Part shown: positions 25,680 through 39,600 of the stretch, in pieces
Numbering within the stretch: the stretch's first letter is position 1
Layout of the letters: the number at the start of each line of letters is the position of its first letter
DNA from: Hypanus sabinus
Lineage: Eukaryota
Length of the DNA stretch: 64,000 nucleotides
Assembly (NCBI RefSeq): GCF_030144855.1
Contig: NC_082721.1
Coordinates: forward strand, 26,722,001 to 26,786,000
Direction of reading: 5' to 3'
Position numbers and translations under genes: made by a program
The notes under the pieces: generated by a model
Databases searched by the model: none
Seen by the model: the letters and a program-made list of their open reading frames with translations, nothing else
Told to the model about the DNA's origin: nothing

Positions 25680-26730
25680 CAATGGCTGAGGTTTATGGCA
25701 GTAATTTGGAAGGTACAGGATCAATAGCTCCCAAAGAAGAAGGAGTATTCTAAAGGTAGGATGAGCAAACTTAGCTAACAAGGGAAATCAAAACCAACAT
25801 AAAAGCAAGAGAGGGCATATAATAAAGCAAAAAGTAGTGAGAAGTTAGAGGATTGGGAAATTTAAATAAAACAACAGAAAGCAGCTAAAGGTGGAAAAGA
25901 TAAAATATGATGGTAAGTTAACCAATAATATCAAAAGTGGTAACAAAAGTTTTTCCAGATATATAAAGAGTTAAAAGAGAGGCAAGAATGTGTATTGGAC
26001 CACCGGAAAATGACGTTCAGGGGTAGTAATGGGGAACAAGGAAATGGTGGACGAACTGAATAAGTATTTTGCACCGATCCTCACTGTGGAAGATATTAGT
26101 AGTATGCTGGAAGTTCGAGAGTGCTGGGGGCAGAGGTGAGTGCAGTTGCTATTACTAGGAAAATGATGCTTGGGAAACTGAAATGTTTGAAGGTAGATAA
26201 GTCACCTGGACCTGATGGACTACACCCCAGGTTTATGAAAGAGGTAGCTAAAGCGATTGTGGAGGCACTAGTAATGATCTTTCAAAAATCAATTGATTCT
26301 GGCATGATTCTGGAAGACTAGAAAATTGCAAATGTCACTCCGTTCTTCAAAAAGGAAATTATAGGCTAGTCAGTCTGACCTCAGTGGTTGGAAGGTGCTG
26401 GAGCTGATTGTTAAGGATGTGGTTTTGGCGTACTTGAAGGCACGTGACTAAACAGGCCAAAGTAAGCATGGTTTCCGTAAGGGAAAATTTTCCCTGACAA
26501 ATCTGTCGTAATCCTTTGAAGAAATAACAAGCAGGATAGACAAAGGAGAATTGGTAGATATATTGAGCTTGGATTTTCAGAAGGTAATGACAAAGTGCCG
26601 CACATGAGGCTGCTAAACAAGACAATAGCCTGGGAAAGATACAGAATTGGCTGATTAGAAGGAGACAAAGTGTGGGAATAAAGGGATCCTTTGCAGATTG
26701 GCTGCTGGTTAATAGTGGTCTTACATAGGG
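25680..26730 (+). mobile_element. Decayed CR1 RT fragment
   Basis: LKVDKSPGPDGLHPRFMKEVA...; homologous to 13600-14530. Confidence 0.85.
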
Positions 26731-26734
26731 GTAG

Positions 26735-27125
26735 ATGTTGGGGTGGCAGAGATGGGGGTGGCAGAGATGGAGGTGGCGAAAAGGGAGGCTGGAGGTGGGC
26801 AGTGTTCTGAAAAAGAGGGAGCAACTGGAAGGGAGAGGGGGCTGGAGGAGGGAAGGGGTTGGAGGGGAGGAGGTTCTGGATAAGAATTTGATTGAGAGGG
26901 TGTGGAGGAGGGGTGGAGAAGGGGGAGGAGAGGCAGTAGAAGAGAGAGGTTGGAGGAGGGAGGTCAGAGGAGAGGTGGGGAGGAGGGGTGGAGGTGGGGG
27001 TAGTAGAGGGAGTAGAGGAGAGAGGGGGAGGAGAGGGGTTAGAGGAGGGGCTGGTGGAAGAGAGCTTTTTTTTACTGTTAGTGTTAGGGTTAGGGGCTGG
27101 AGGAGAGGGGTTGACAGAGGAGACG
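26735..27125. repeat. G/A-rich low-complexity tract
   Basis: Dense GGAGG/GGG runs; similar tracts at 25430-25600 and 56700-57330. Confidence 0.85.
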
Positions 27126-29553
27126 AGTTAGAGTTTTGGTTAGGGAACTATTTTCAAATCTCTATTGGTGGGTCCTCAAGTGGCTTTAGAGGCCGATCCG
27201 AGATTCACATAATCTGGGTGGATTCCCTTAATGGAGGGTGCCTGTGCATGACTTTATCTAATGCCAGGAGCCGATGCAAGGGCAGTCACCACACAATCCT
27301 TGACAGATCAGGGTCAGGGTCCTATGGCTGGGCACCCTTTACAGCCACAGCCTTCCTCCACCTTCACTACTGCTGTGATGTGTCATCGTCCTCTGCCAGC
27401 CCCACTGCTGAGGGCTTGGACGGTAAGCTCAACTGAGTCCAATGATCTTTCTGTTTTAACCCTTGGGTCTCGGATCCCCACTGAATATAGTTTGTCACTA
27501 TTTACAATACACTCAAGTCTACCCCATTAAGTCCCAACTGGGTAAATTTTTGATTGGAATTACTTAGTAGGATGGTCCTGCTTGGACCTTTGGGAATGGT
27601 GTGCCAAGGGTTGAAGGCTCAGAGGTCAGCATTGGTTCAGAGCTTTACTTCAGAGGGTACTCTTGTAAATCAGTGCGAGTTACTGGCAACAGCCCGTCTC
27701 TGAATCTGAACCGCAATGAGGTCACTCCTGACTTCACCATGAACGCGGACGCTGGCTCGCTTTCCGTTCTTTGTTCCTATAGATGTGACAGTGTGCTGTG
27801 GGTGGTGAACTGATTCGGCAATTTGCCCACTGACTGACGCCTGACAAAGGGGACCAGTGGCAGGCGTCAGAATGAGACTTCAGCTCAGCAAAAGGTTGAT
27901 GGGTCACGGGGCACAATTCAGCATTCTGAGCAATCTGGACTAAAGAATGTCAGCTGCTTCACTTGTTGTGTGCGCTCCATGTGCATTTGTGTGTGTGTGT
28001 TTGTGTGTATATACACAATTGCATGTACTGGGGAGGGTGCTGGGTTATTAACTCTTTCAGTGCTAATGGGATCAGCAGCTGGTGCTCCGGAAACTTCAGC
28101 TTATGCTCAGCAAGCTCTTCTCATCCAGATCAGCCCCAGGGAAGCCACTATGGGTCTCAGTACCTCGAGCTAGTATGAAAAAATCGCCAGTATAGCAGAG
28201 CTTTAATACAACACTGGAATAGTACAGAGGACAAGCAGGGCATTCAAACCACCGAGTAGTGTTAGCTCTCTTGCAGGACAGTCTGGTTATTTCTAATCAT
28301 AATGTGCTAGATTCATAGAACATTACAGCTCAGAAACAGGCCATCTGTGCTAAACTATTATTCTGCTTAGTGCCATCGACCTGAACCTGGACCAGAGTCC
28401 TCCGGACTGTGCCTCTCCCATCCATGTACTTACCCAAATCTCTCTTAAATGTTGAAGAGAATCTCAAAGTTTTCCCCTCATGTTCCCCTTAAACATTTCA
28501 CCTTCCACCCTTGACCTCTAGTTCTAGTCTCACACAAACTCAGTGGAAAAAGCCTGCTACCCTATCTATACCCCTCGTAATTTTGTACAACTCCATCAAA
28601 TTTCCCCTCATTCTCTTACACTCCAGGGAGTAAAGTCCTAACCTATTCAACTTTTCCCTATAACTCAGGTCCTCAGGTAACATCCTTGTAAGTCTTCTCT
28701 GCACTCTTTCGATTGTGTTGATATCTTTCCTGTAAGCAGGTGACCAGACTCATCCTGCCTGTTCGTCAGAAGCTCACAGTATTTCTCCACAAACCTTTAT
28801 CAAGTCCCTTTTCGGGGTGCCTATTGTTCCCACACCTACGATTATTTCGATCACGATTTATCCAAATCACAAACACTTGTACAAAAACTAAAATTCTCCT
28901 CACTTCCCTCTGGTGGGCTCCTTATGTCTGGTTTCTAAGAGAGAAGGGGGCTCAGTACTGGTGGAACCTGAGACGGGAGAGCGAGGGTCAGTGTCTGTGA
29001 GAGGTTTAAGTCTGGAGACTGGGGTACATCAGTGGGAGGGGGTTGGAATATGCTACTGAGAAGCGCGAGGTATATTTGTACATGTTACAGCGAGGGGTGC
29101 TTGGTATATCAGACTGTTACACTGACGGCTTTAAGGGGAGTGCAACTGTGATGAACTTGGCGGTGTGAGTGTTACAGTGACAAGTGTGGGGTACAGCAGT
29201 GAAGAACGTGTGACGGTGAAGGGTTTGGGGTATGTCAACAATCGCTGTTTTATGGGGTATGGGATACATTAGTGATACGAGGCATGTGGGATATACCAAT
29301 GACTTACCGTATATGAGCTGCAGAGTACATCAGTGTTTTGGTGAGTGCTACCGTGAGAAGAGTACTACTGAGTGTCACATTAAAGGATGTGATGCCTGTT
29401 GGTGAATGTTATAGCGAGGAGTGTGCAGCTTATTAGTGAGGGCAGTGTGGTATGAAGTGTTAAGTGACTGCTGCGGGATATACCAATCAGTATGGTGCTG
29501 AATGGTGTGGAGAATGAGTACAGCAGGAACACGAAGCACTGTATACTAGTGTA

Positions 29554-29830
29554 GGGCAGCATGGCAGCTTAGTGGTTAGCACAACGCTTTACAGTACCAG
29601 CAATCTGGGTTTCATTCTGTAAGGAGTTTGTACATTCTCACTCTAATCGCCTGGATTTTCTCCTGGTGCTCCGGTTTCCTTCCACAGCCCAAAGACGTAT
29701 CGGTTGGTAGGTTAACTGGTCATTGTAAATTGTCCTGTGATTAGGCTGGGGTTAAATTGGGGTATTGCTGGGCAGCATGGCTCAAAGGGCAGGAGGGCCT
29801 CTTCCATGCTGTGGCTCGATAAATAAATTA
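29554..29830 (+). mobile_element. V-SINE/HE1-type SINE
   Basis: Homologous to 3158-3640; further copies at about 34497-34820, 44810-45065 (-), 46190-46325 and 59280-59530 (-). Confidence 0.75.
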
Positions 29831-30034
29831 GTAACTATTATCAGGAATGTGGGGTATACAGTATTTGCGAATGCTGCAGTGTGTGGTGTGTGAGGTATTT
29901 AAAAGTGTATTAAATGAGAATCATGTGGCGTTTCAGTGCTATGATATCCGTGTGTGTTAGTGTGAGGATGTGAGGTATATCACCGAGGGGTACAGTGAGT
30001 GGTATAAGGTTTATCGATGATGTGTGATATATCA

Positions 30035-30775
30035 GAGAGTGTTAGAGTGCAGAGTCTGGACAGTGAGGGTTACTGTGAGTGGTTTGGGGGATGTCAGGAG
30101 GGATATAACAGAGTGTGAGAGTGAAGAGTCTGGACGGTGAGGGTTACTGTGAGTGGTTTGGGGGATGTCAGGAGGGATATAACAGAGTGTGAGAGTGAAG
30201 AGTCTGGACGGTGAGGGTTACTGTGAGTGGTTTGGGGTATGTCAGGAGGGATATAACAGAGAGTGTGAGAGTGAAGAGTCTGGACGGTGAGGGTTACTGT
30301 GAGTGGTTTGGGGTATGTCAGGAGGGATATAACAGAGAGTGTGAGAGTGAAGAGTCTGGACGGTGAGGGTTACTGTGAGTGGTTTGGGGGATGTCAGGAG
30401 GGATATAACAGAGAGTGTGAGAGTGAAGAGTCTGGACGGTGAGGGTTACTGTGAGTGGTTTGGGGTATGTCAGGAGGGATATAACAGAGAGTGTGAGAGT
30501 GAAGAGTCTGGACGGTGAGGGTTACTGTGAGTGGTTTGGGGGATGTCAGGAGGGATATAACAGAGTGTGAGAGTGAAGAGTCTGGACGGTGAGGGTTACT
30601 GTGAGTGGTTTGGGGTATGTCAGGAGGGATATAACAGAGAGTGTGAGAGTGAAGAGTCTGGACAGTGAGGGTTACTGTGAGTGGTTTGGGGGATTTCAGG
30701 AAGGATATAACAGAGTGTGAGAGTGAAGACTATGGACGGTGAGGGTTACTGTGAGTGGTTTGGGGGATGTCAGGC
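30035..30775. repeat. Minisatellite, about 10 copies of a 74/76-bp unit
   Basis: Unit GAGTGTGAGAGTGAAGAGTCTGGACGGTGAGGGTTACTGTGAGTGGTTTGGGG(G/T)ATGTCAGGAGGGATATAACA(GA); measured periods 74,74,76,76,76,76,74,76,74. Confidence 0.97.
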
Positions 30776-30949
30776 AGTATTACAATGAGGGATGTGTAAC
30801 GAGGGTGACAGTGAGTAGAATGAGGATATCACAGTTGGAAATACCAGCAAGTGTTACAGTGAGTGAAGGGGTGAGGTTTGATTATCATTGAGGGATGTGG
30901 AGTATAACTGTATTACCCGGAGGTGTGTGGGATATTTCAGTGAGTGTCT

Positions 30950-31770
30950 CAAGAAGATGGCGCCAGCGGACAACGCAACGTCCTTCAGGCAGTTCACAGT
31001 ACTACTCCTTTTACTCCTTTCACTTCCTCTTCTTTCGAATCTGATTCTGCTACTAAGCTTTTACGTGCGATGGAACCTGTGATTTACACTTTGACGGTGC
31101 ATTTTTGCACCGATTGGCCAATCTGGCATTTGCTGTCTCGGAGGGAGTTTGGTGAGGTTTCAAGCAGTGTGTGCAGCCTGGAGACGGGGCGCCAGCCTGT
31201 GATCGACCCTATTTCTCGCCAATTGAAGCATTGAGCAAGAGGAAATCAAAGAGGATGAGAATGGAAGGCGTGTGGGTGTTCAGCATCATTTGCCTGCATT
31301 TGATCGGCCTCTCTCTCTCTCACTCGATGCTGCTGGAGGATGGTGCTGGAGTTTTGGGTGTTGGGTAAGGTTTCATTGACACAGTTTGTGGATTGTACTC
31401 TGCAGATCATGTTATATGTGTTTCTTAATCTGGCTGCTCCTTTTGTATTGCTATTTTGTGCAATTTTAATGGTTGGGGAGGGGGGTTGCTTACAGCCAAC
31501 GAACAGCACAGCTCTAAGTTGAACTGAACTGAACATTCCTAGACTGTTTCAATGACTCTGTGGTTTGATGCTGTGGTTTGATTGTGTTTTTCTCTCGTTT
31601 TTTTTTGCTGTTGGTGCGATTTGTTCTTTTTTTTTGCACATTGGGTGTTTGATGTTTTCTTTGAATGGGTGCATGGTTTTGTTGTTTCGTGGCTGTTTGG
31701 GGGAATACGAGTCTCAGGATTGTATACTGCATACATACTTTGATAAAAATGTACTTTGAATCTTTGAATA
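30950..31770 (+). mobile_element. Non-autonomous retroelement (LINE-type 3' tail, CpG-rich 5' end)
   Basis: Starts AAGATGGCG and ends TACTTTGAATCTTTGAA; similar tails occur at about 22450, 6180, 19750 and 42345. Confidence 0.5.
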
Positions 31771-33379
31771 AGTCAGTCCTGCAGCTTCACTGATCCAGTG
31801 ATCCAGGTATGGTTCTGATCTTAGATAAAGTCTGTGTGGATTTTTTTTTTACATCCAACTCATGACTGTCAGTTTCCTGCCATTAACATAAAGCAAGTTG
31901 ATTGATTAATTAGTTACTGCAAATGATCTCTTAGTATAGATGGGTGACAGGTGAATCAGAGGGAGTTGGTGGTATCTGAGAGAGAATCAGTTTCAAAGAC
32001 TTAGAGGGAGAATTAAATTAATAGAGTTGCTCTGGTAACTGGCACAAACATGATGGGCTAAGTAGCCTCGTTCTATGTCGCCGGAAAAAGTGAGCTAGAG
32101 TGAGTGTTACTGTGAGAAGTGTGGGGTATATCAGTGTCACAGTGAGCACAAGGATGTACCAATGAGTGTCATTGTGAAGTGTAGGGTATATCAGTGTTGC
32201 AACAGCTTACGTTTAATCGGTGAGTGTTAAAGTGAAAGATGTGTGATATATACAAGAATATTTCTTAAGGTTGTTATAGCTGGGGGTGGTAATGGGGACA
32301 AACTCCCACTGCCTATTAAATGCTCCCAATGGCGTGAGCTGCAAACAGCCTCTGAAAACCAAGTCCAGCTCCTGGCTTTCATGTGTGGCTTAGCTACTAA
32401 GCCCAGTGGAACCGTTTCTACTGACAGGTGAAGGAGCAAAGGTGGGTTACTGGCACCTTAAAACCAGTTGCTTCGGGAACTTGGAGTTCATCAGCTGTGG
32501 TTGGCAGCTCATCTAGAAGAAGGAAGTCTCTGACCTCAAAATGTCTGCTGCCTTGTGGCTATACCCACTCGTGGGGAAGGCTTTAGGAGTAAACCCTGAG
32601 GAAAAATCTGCAGCTGGAGTCCCTAAGGCAGTCTGATGTTGAGTTCAACGCTGACTGGAAACTCTTACAACGTTTCTGGTACCAAACTGTACCAGTCTCT
32701 GCCGTTCCTTTGGGTTCATCAAATGTTTGGAGAGGGGGAACTTGCTACACGGGCAACAGCTTGCTCTCCATATCGTACTGCCCAGGCCTGCGTTATCTAG
32801 AGAGCTAGGATGCAATCTCCACAGTCAACTCTGACCAACGGAGGCCTACACAATATCACATTAAGGAAATGGAGTATTTAAGGAAGTGTTATAGAAAGCA
32901 TGTGGGATACTTAAGTAAAGTTTAGGGGGTATCACTGGGGTATGAGGGATGTGGAGTATAATAGTGGGTATTACTTTGATGGGTGTGGAATGTCCATATG
33001 GGGTGCATGTTATAATGAGGAGTGGGGTATAGGAGAGTGTTATACTGAGAGCTGTGGCGTTTACAGTGAGACAGTGAGGAATGTGAGGCACTTCACTACG
33101 TGCCACCGTGAGGAGTGTGAGGTACAGCACTGTATATTGTTTTAAGGATTGAGGGATATATCAGTATTGGGCTTGCTGGTAATGTCACAAGGAGTACAGG
33201 ATGTGTTCGTGTGTGCACAATGTGAGGATCGCAGGGTAAGTGAATGAATGCCTCAGTGAAGAATGTGAGGTATACAATGCATGTTACTGAAAGGAAAGCT
33301 TCAGGGAGCAACTCGGGATATATCAGTGGGCGTTACAGTGAAGGGTGAGGTACATCTGTGCACGTTGGTGGGAGAGGTG

Positions 33380-33868
33380 TGGCTCGTGTGCGCATGCTAA
33401 GTGAGTGCTGAACAAAAGTAGTTACGGGAAACTGGATGCTGTTTACTGTCCCATTAAGATTTCCCGAGTCACTCATCAATTTACAAAGTGAGTCATTGGT
33501 CTGCCACTGACACCAGCTGAGGGACTGGCTCAGACAAGCTCAGGAATCACAGGCACCCTGGCTTAGTACAGGAAGGATTATCTAGTTTAACACAAAGAGA
33601 CATAATTGTGCAGAGGGGGGCAAGTTTGATCAAAAAAGGGGAGACTGAGGAACTGGAAGGGTTTGCAGGGTGGGGCACTTGTATAATTAAGTTCCCACAT
33701 CCTAGTTGGAAAGGTAGAAGACAAACACGAATAGAAGATTCTCGTGCAGGAGCAATTTGTTCAACAACTGTCTGAAGAAAGTAAAAAAACTTGGCTGGTT
33801 TGAAACTTTTGTGGCGCACTCTTTCTCGTCTTTGAGATTAATTGGTTTAAATTGGAATCTGAAGAAAC
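33380..33868 (+). promoter_or_regulatory. Putative CRLF1 promoter / 5'UTR
   Basis: Non-repetitive sequence upstream of exon 1 with AP-1 site TGAGTCA (33489-33495), TGCGCATGC near 33389 and a TATA-like TATAAT near 33682. Confidence 0.45.
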
Positions 33869-33929
33869 ATGCCGCCTTTCCATTTTCTTCTTTCGCTCTG
33901 CATGATGAGGCTGGTTTTGTGCTCAGCAC
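33869..33929 (+). CDS. CRLF1: CRLF1 exon 1 (signal peptide)
   Basis: MPPFHFLLSLCMMRLVLCSA plus C|GTAAGT. Hydrophobic leader; phase 1 joins exon 2 in frame. Confidence 0.8.
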
Positions 33930-35959
33930 GTAAGTATCATTTTAAAAGGCAGCTGAGAATTTGCAGCTTTTTAAATGCAAGGGGTTAAATGGAATTGAAC
34001 TGAAGCCAGTGTGAATGATTTCTCTCGCTGTGTGTACACGTGCTTGCTCCTGTATGTTTGTGTATGTATGTGCATGCTGGAGTGATTGAGTGAGGGAGAG
34101 AGGGAAAGAAGTGAGGAAATGGGTTTGTTGAGGTAAATGCTGTCAGGATTAGCACAGTAACTATTTTTAATTGCACTTGAGAATTATAGCCATTTATGGT
34201 AGAGAAGAAGGTATTCAGCCTATTGTGATCTGTATGCATATGTTTAGGATTTCCCTTCTCTCAGTCTGTAACTTTATGGGTTGTGGCTCTTAAAGTGTTG
34301 ATGTAAGGACTTTTTAAATGCAGCATGACTTCTACCTCCAAAAGCATCACGCAAAAATCAGGAGGAACTCAGCGAGTCGGGCGGCATCCATGGAGGGATA
34401 TACACAGTCGATGCTTAAGGTTGAGACCCTTCATCTGGACTGTTTTGAGCTTCTACCGGCCTTTCAAGCACAGATATCCAGACCTCTGGATGAATTGCGT
34501 GTGGCACAGTGGTGTCACGTAGCATCAGAGACCTGGATTCAATCTGATCTCGGGCACTGTCTATGTGGAGCTTGCATGTTCCTCCTGTGTTGATTTCCTC
34601 TTGATGCTCTGGTTTCCTTCTACATCCCGAAGATGTGCACTTTAGTAGGTGAACCGGCCATTGTAAATTGCCTCAATGAGAGTGTAGGATCTGTGCAGAG
34701 CTGAGGAGAATGTGGGGAGAATGAAAGGTGGGATTAATGTTGGATTATTGTAAATTGGTGATGGATAGTTGAGGTGGAGTGAGGGGCCAGGTTCTATGTT
34801 CTCTTTCTGGCTTTATGAATTATGTTTCCTAACTCCCATAAGGTAGAGAAGCTTGATTAATGGACAAGAAACAGAGAGTAGGAATAAGCAGATCATTTTG
34901 TTGTGGGGCTCTGCCTAGTGATGGAATGCAGTGCAGGAAACTATATCAATGATTTGCCCCAAGGGAACCAAACGTGATACATCCAAAATTGCTGATGACA
35001 CAAACACCCTGGTCCCGAGCTCCGTTGCTGTCTTTATGGGATTTCCATGTTGTCTCTGAGACTGCTTGGGTTTTCCCAAAGTGCTCCAGTTCCCTCCCAC
35101 ATCCCAAAGGTGTCTTGGTAGGTTAATAGGCTACTATATATTGCACCCAATAGCAGGAGAATCAAGGGGTACTTCATAGGCATGTGAAAAGGAATAGGTG
35201 ACAGGTAGCTAAACAGGAGCGGATTGAACCATTCGTTGAGCTCTGACAGTCAGCATGGACCTGATGAGCCGATAGTATCCTCTATGTTGTAAGGTAATAT
35301 GAGGTTCAAAAGGATATATACAGGCTAGTAAATTATTGAGCAACATGGCAGGTTGCAGAATTAAGATATCCACTTGGGTAGAAAATATAAAAAGACAGTA
35401 CCTTTTAATTGATGTGAAGCTGAAAGGTGTTCAGAGGGACCTAGGTCTCCTTGTAGACAGATCGCTGAAAGCTAACCTACAGTACAACAAATTGCAAAGC
35501 ATGAGTACGTTTGCCTTTACTACAAGATCTGTGAACACAGATAAAATACTGCAATTATAAAGATCACTGGTGAGAGCAAACCTGGAATATTGTGAATAGG
35601 TCCGTTCTTTCTGCCTTGTTGATAGAGGGACTGGGATGGAAATACCAGCTGGGGAGGGAGGTTATGGTGGGGAAGGCATCAGTGGTTTCTCTTAGGAAGA
35701 ACTCTCTGGAATGAAATGTACTGAGGCATGATCTAACTGAAGTACAGAGATTCTTGGCAGGTTGGATGCAGGAATGATGTTTCCCCCGGCTAGATGTCTA
35801 GAACCAGGAATCACAGCTATAGCTTACGGAGTCAGCTATTCAGGACTCAGATGAGATGAAATAGCTTCACCCAGAAGGTAGTGGCTCTAAGTTCAATTGC
35901 TGACTATATTCAAAGTATAGAATGATAGATTACGGGTCTCTCATGGTCACAGAACACAT

Positions 35960-36630
35960 CCTACACAATCAAGAAAACTCATTCTCTTTACTTCCTGAGG
36001 AGGTTAAAGGGAGCTGGACTATGCACATTTATACTCATGTCCTTCTATAGATAGAGAGCATTCTAACATGCTACATCACTGCATGGTACAGAAACTGCAC
36101 TGCAGTCATCAGGAGGGCTCCACAACGGGTAGTCAAAACTGCCCAGTGCGTCACTGGCACCAGCCTATCTGCCATCAAGGGCATATATACAAAAATTGCC
36201 AGGCAGCAACATCATGAAAAATCCCCCCACCCTGCTCATGGACTGTTTGTCCCACTCCCACTAGTGAAGAGGCTACGTAACATCCATGCCAGGACCACCA
36301 GATTCAAAAACAGTTACTTTCTCCAAGCAGCAAGGCTGATCAACAACTCCTCCCACTAACCGACCCAACCACACCCCCAACCACCACTATTTATCATTTC
36401 CTGTCAGAGTCACCTTACAGACAGTCCCGTGCCTTGCGTCACATTATGGACATACAGTTATTCTATGTATATAAGCTGTCTTATGTATTTATATTTATAG
36501 TGTGTTTATTATTTTCTAAAAATCTTATTGTGGTTTTTGTGTTGCATTGGATCCGGAATAACAATTGTTTCATTCTCCTTTACACTAGTGTACTGGAAGT
36601 GACACTAAGCAATCTTGAATTAGACGATCT
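35960..36630 (+). mobile_element. Rex1/Babar-type LINE 3' fragment
   Basis: Translates to LYFLRRLK...ILTCYITAWY...QRVVKTAQ, followed by a 3'UTR and tail. Confidence 0.75.
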
Positions 36631-39600
36631 TGAATGGGGGGGTTAAGTGATGCTAAGATGGAAGATCAAACGTGATCTTATTGAGAGAGCAGTCCTGAGA
36701 GCCCAGACAGCCTTCTTCTGTTTAGTTTCTTTGGCGGTGAGGTCTCTTCTTTAAACTGCTGCTGCCCTTCTGTTAGAGTACTCCCAGAATGATACTATGA
36801 AGAAAGATCCGATGTTTGCATGCAATGACTGTGAAGGAGCACCAATATATTTTTAAAACGGGGTAATCTGCAACTTGGTGAGGAATTTGCAGGGGTGGTA
36901 TTCCCATGTGGCCGAAGAGCGAGGTTTTGGGTTTGGGAGGTTGTTGACAGAGACTTGGTGGGTGAGAAATTGTAAATGGTCAGAATGGGGCCATTGGTGG
37001 AAGGGATATTTGCTCAGATACTGCTTGGGCATTGAGTAAGTGGACTGCTTTGTCCTGGATGAGGTTGGGCTCACTCTGAGTATGGTTGGTCTACATTCGT
37101 CTAGGTGAAAAGTATTCTATCGTATTTCTGACTTACGGTTGTCGATGGTGCTAAAACTGTGTCTCAGTCAAGAGCCAAGTTACTTGCTAGAGAAAACACA
37201 CCCATTGGCAGCACTGAATCACTGAATCCAATAGGGGGCAGTGTGAAGGGTTAATCATGGGCAAAATTAGGACCAGAAGAACCAGTGTGACCCTTATAAT
37301 TTCTGAGGAGTACTTACTTTCAAATAATTTCTTCAATCCATTTACAACTTAAATTACGAATAGATGTCTGTGGAATTTGTAATGTGTATTAAGTTTCACC
37401 CTCTAGCCCCTGCAGCTGGGATCTCAGCCAATCTGGGTTTCAGACGACATTCAAACTACTTCTTTTTCTTTGTGCGATTAGTGGGTGGCTGAATTCATGA
37501 AAGGGGAAAAGTGAAAAGGGCAAGCGAGAAAAACACAGGGAATGAAGAAAAGAGGAGTTGAAGTAAATAAATCTGACAGAAAGTAAAGAAGAATGTGGTT
37601 AGGCGAGAAAATAAATTAGACAACTGTCCAAAGAAAGAAAGTGATGAAAGGGGGCTTTAGTACAGGCCCTGAGGCCTTGCACACACCTTGTTCTCTGGTT
37701 TAGACTGTTGATGGCTGTGAGGACTCCTGTTGCCTTTGACTAGTTCTTTCTTCAGGGCTAAGTGAAGATCCGTGCTGACTTGCCCTCAAACAGGTTGGAA
37801 TGTGCTGGGAACCTGACTCACTTTGCTGTGATCAGACTCAGTCTCTGAAACCAAAACCACAAGCTGATCGGTAAGAGAGAGAGAATCCAGCTCAGGGAGC
37901 AAAGTTGTTGAAGTCTGCACTCATCCCGGTAAACGAAGTGCCTCGTCACGTTCCTGCCATGTGCGTGTAAAACCGTGAAAAGGCTTTGGGATGTTAGGAG
38001 GAGAGGGTGACTGGCTTTCACTCTGTGGGTGAGGATGAGGCCAGGTTGACCTGTGTGTTCCCAATACACGGATTCAATTATCTTGTTCCATTCCAAATGA
38101 TCCTTCCCTGTGGGTACTCATTGGCCAGGGGTACCCAGGAGCCAGATGGCAATGCTGCAGGCTTTGATAATATCCTTGAATCTTTTCCTCTGCCCACCAG
38201 CTAATCTCTACTGTGAATGAACTCAAAATTGTATCTGCTTTGGGAGTCTGGTGTCAGATAGGTGAACAATGGTATCTGTCAAACAAACTGACTGAATTAA
38301 AGTAAGGTCTCAATACCTAATCCACTGGATTTGGAGTGGATTTCAGTATTTTGCACAGATATTGTTGGTAGCATCTGACTAGTACCTTGAGATGCTTGCT
38401 ACAAGTAGTCCAAGCCTCAAAAAACTTTAAGAAGGTAGGAATCACTGCTGCTGGGTAGATCATAATTTTTTTTTGCTGGGTTATGGTTTTGACTTTTCAA
38501 ACACTTCTCAAGTTTGCTTTAGTTGATCAATAGCTGTGCTGGTTCATTAGTGGTAAACTGTATCAGAGATGTGTATTTTTGCTGACAGATGCCTCCTAAG
38601 ATATGGGAAGTAGTCCCCGTTTTCCAGAAACTTGCTGTGAACTTTTCTTTTGAGGGGGTTCTCTAGAGCAGCACAAACTTAGCTCTTCTTAGTTAATGGC
38701 TCATCAATCCAAAGGGGTCAGAATAAATGTTTAAGTGGAACCATATCCAATCGACAGTAGAAGGGAGTAGCATACAGAGTGAAAATCCTTTTATTTACTC
38801 TGTTCCATAGCTCTTCCAGCATGGATTAGACAGTAAGCAGTGTCAGGACAGTCAGAAAAGGAAAGCCCTGTTTACTCTCACCTTCCAGGACATCCCCTCT
38901 TCTCATTACCGTCATCTGGGAGGACCTACAGGAGCCTGAAGATGCACACTCAGCATTTTAGGAACAGTTTCTTCCCCTCCGTCATCAGATTTCTGAACGG
39001 TCCAGGAACCCATGGACAGTACCTCATTATTCTGCTCTTTTTTTACACTGTTTATTTTATATCTCTCTCTCTGCAACTTGTAGTGCACTCTATTGTTCCT
39101 GCAGAACAACACATTTCAAGACTTATGTCAGTGATTATAAACCTGATTCTGATCCCATCACTCATTCTGAGGCAGGTAGAATGTAGATTAGATACCAAGT
39201 AAATCTTCTGATCCCATCAAGAAGACCCAATACCTCAGTGGTGCACCAATAATATGTCTTGACTATGTTTGCTGGGCAATCCTGAATGGGATTGTTTGCT
39301 GCAGTGACATGAGCTTGCAAACTGGATATGTGCAGGAAGCCGGAGTTCATGGGACACACAGAACCCATTGATTTGTAGAGCTGGGAGAGGTCACAGAGAT
39401 TTTATAATTAAAAGTATGCTTATTATTCATAAAAATTGCAAATACATAAAGTACAAAACATTCAAGTTGGCAGTTCAGTGCAAGCAATATCATTCCATCT
39501 ATTTTGTGACGAGCTTTCCTTGAGCCAACATTCCACGGGGATCTTCCATGAGGGTGCATGGCAAGAGGGTGTTTGTGTATATGCGTGTGTGAGAGAACAG

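Noticed and set aside
26735-27436. 233-aa Gly/Arg-rich ORF
   Set aside because: Translation of a G/A low-complexity tract; no domain or splice support.
30035-30775. CRISPR-like array
   Set aside because: Head-to-tail units with no unique spacers, vertebrate context and no cas genes.
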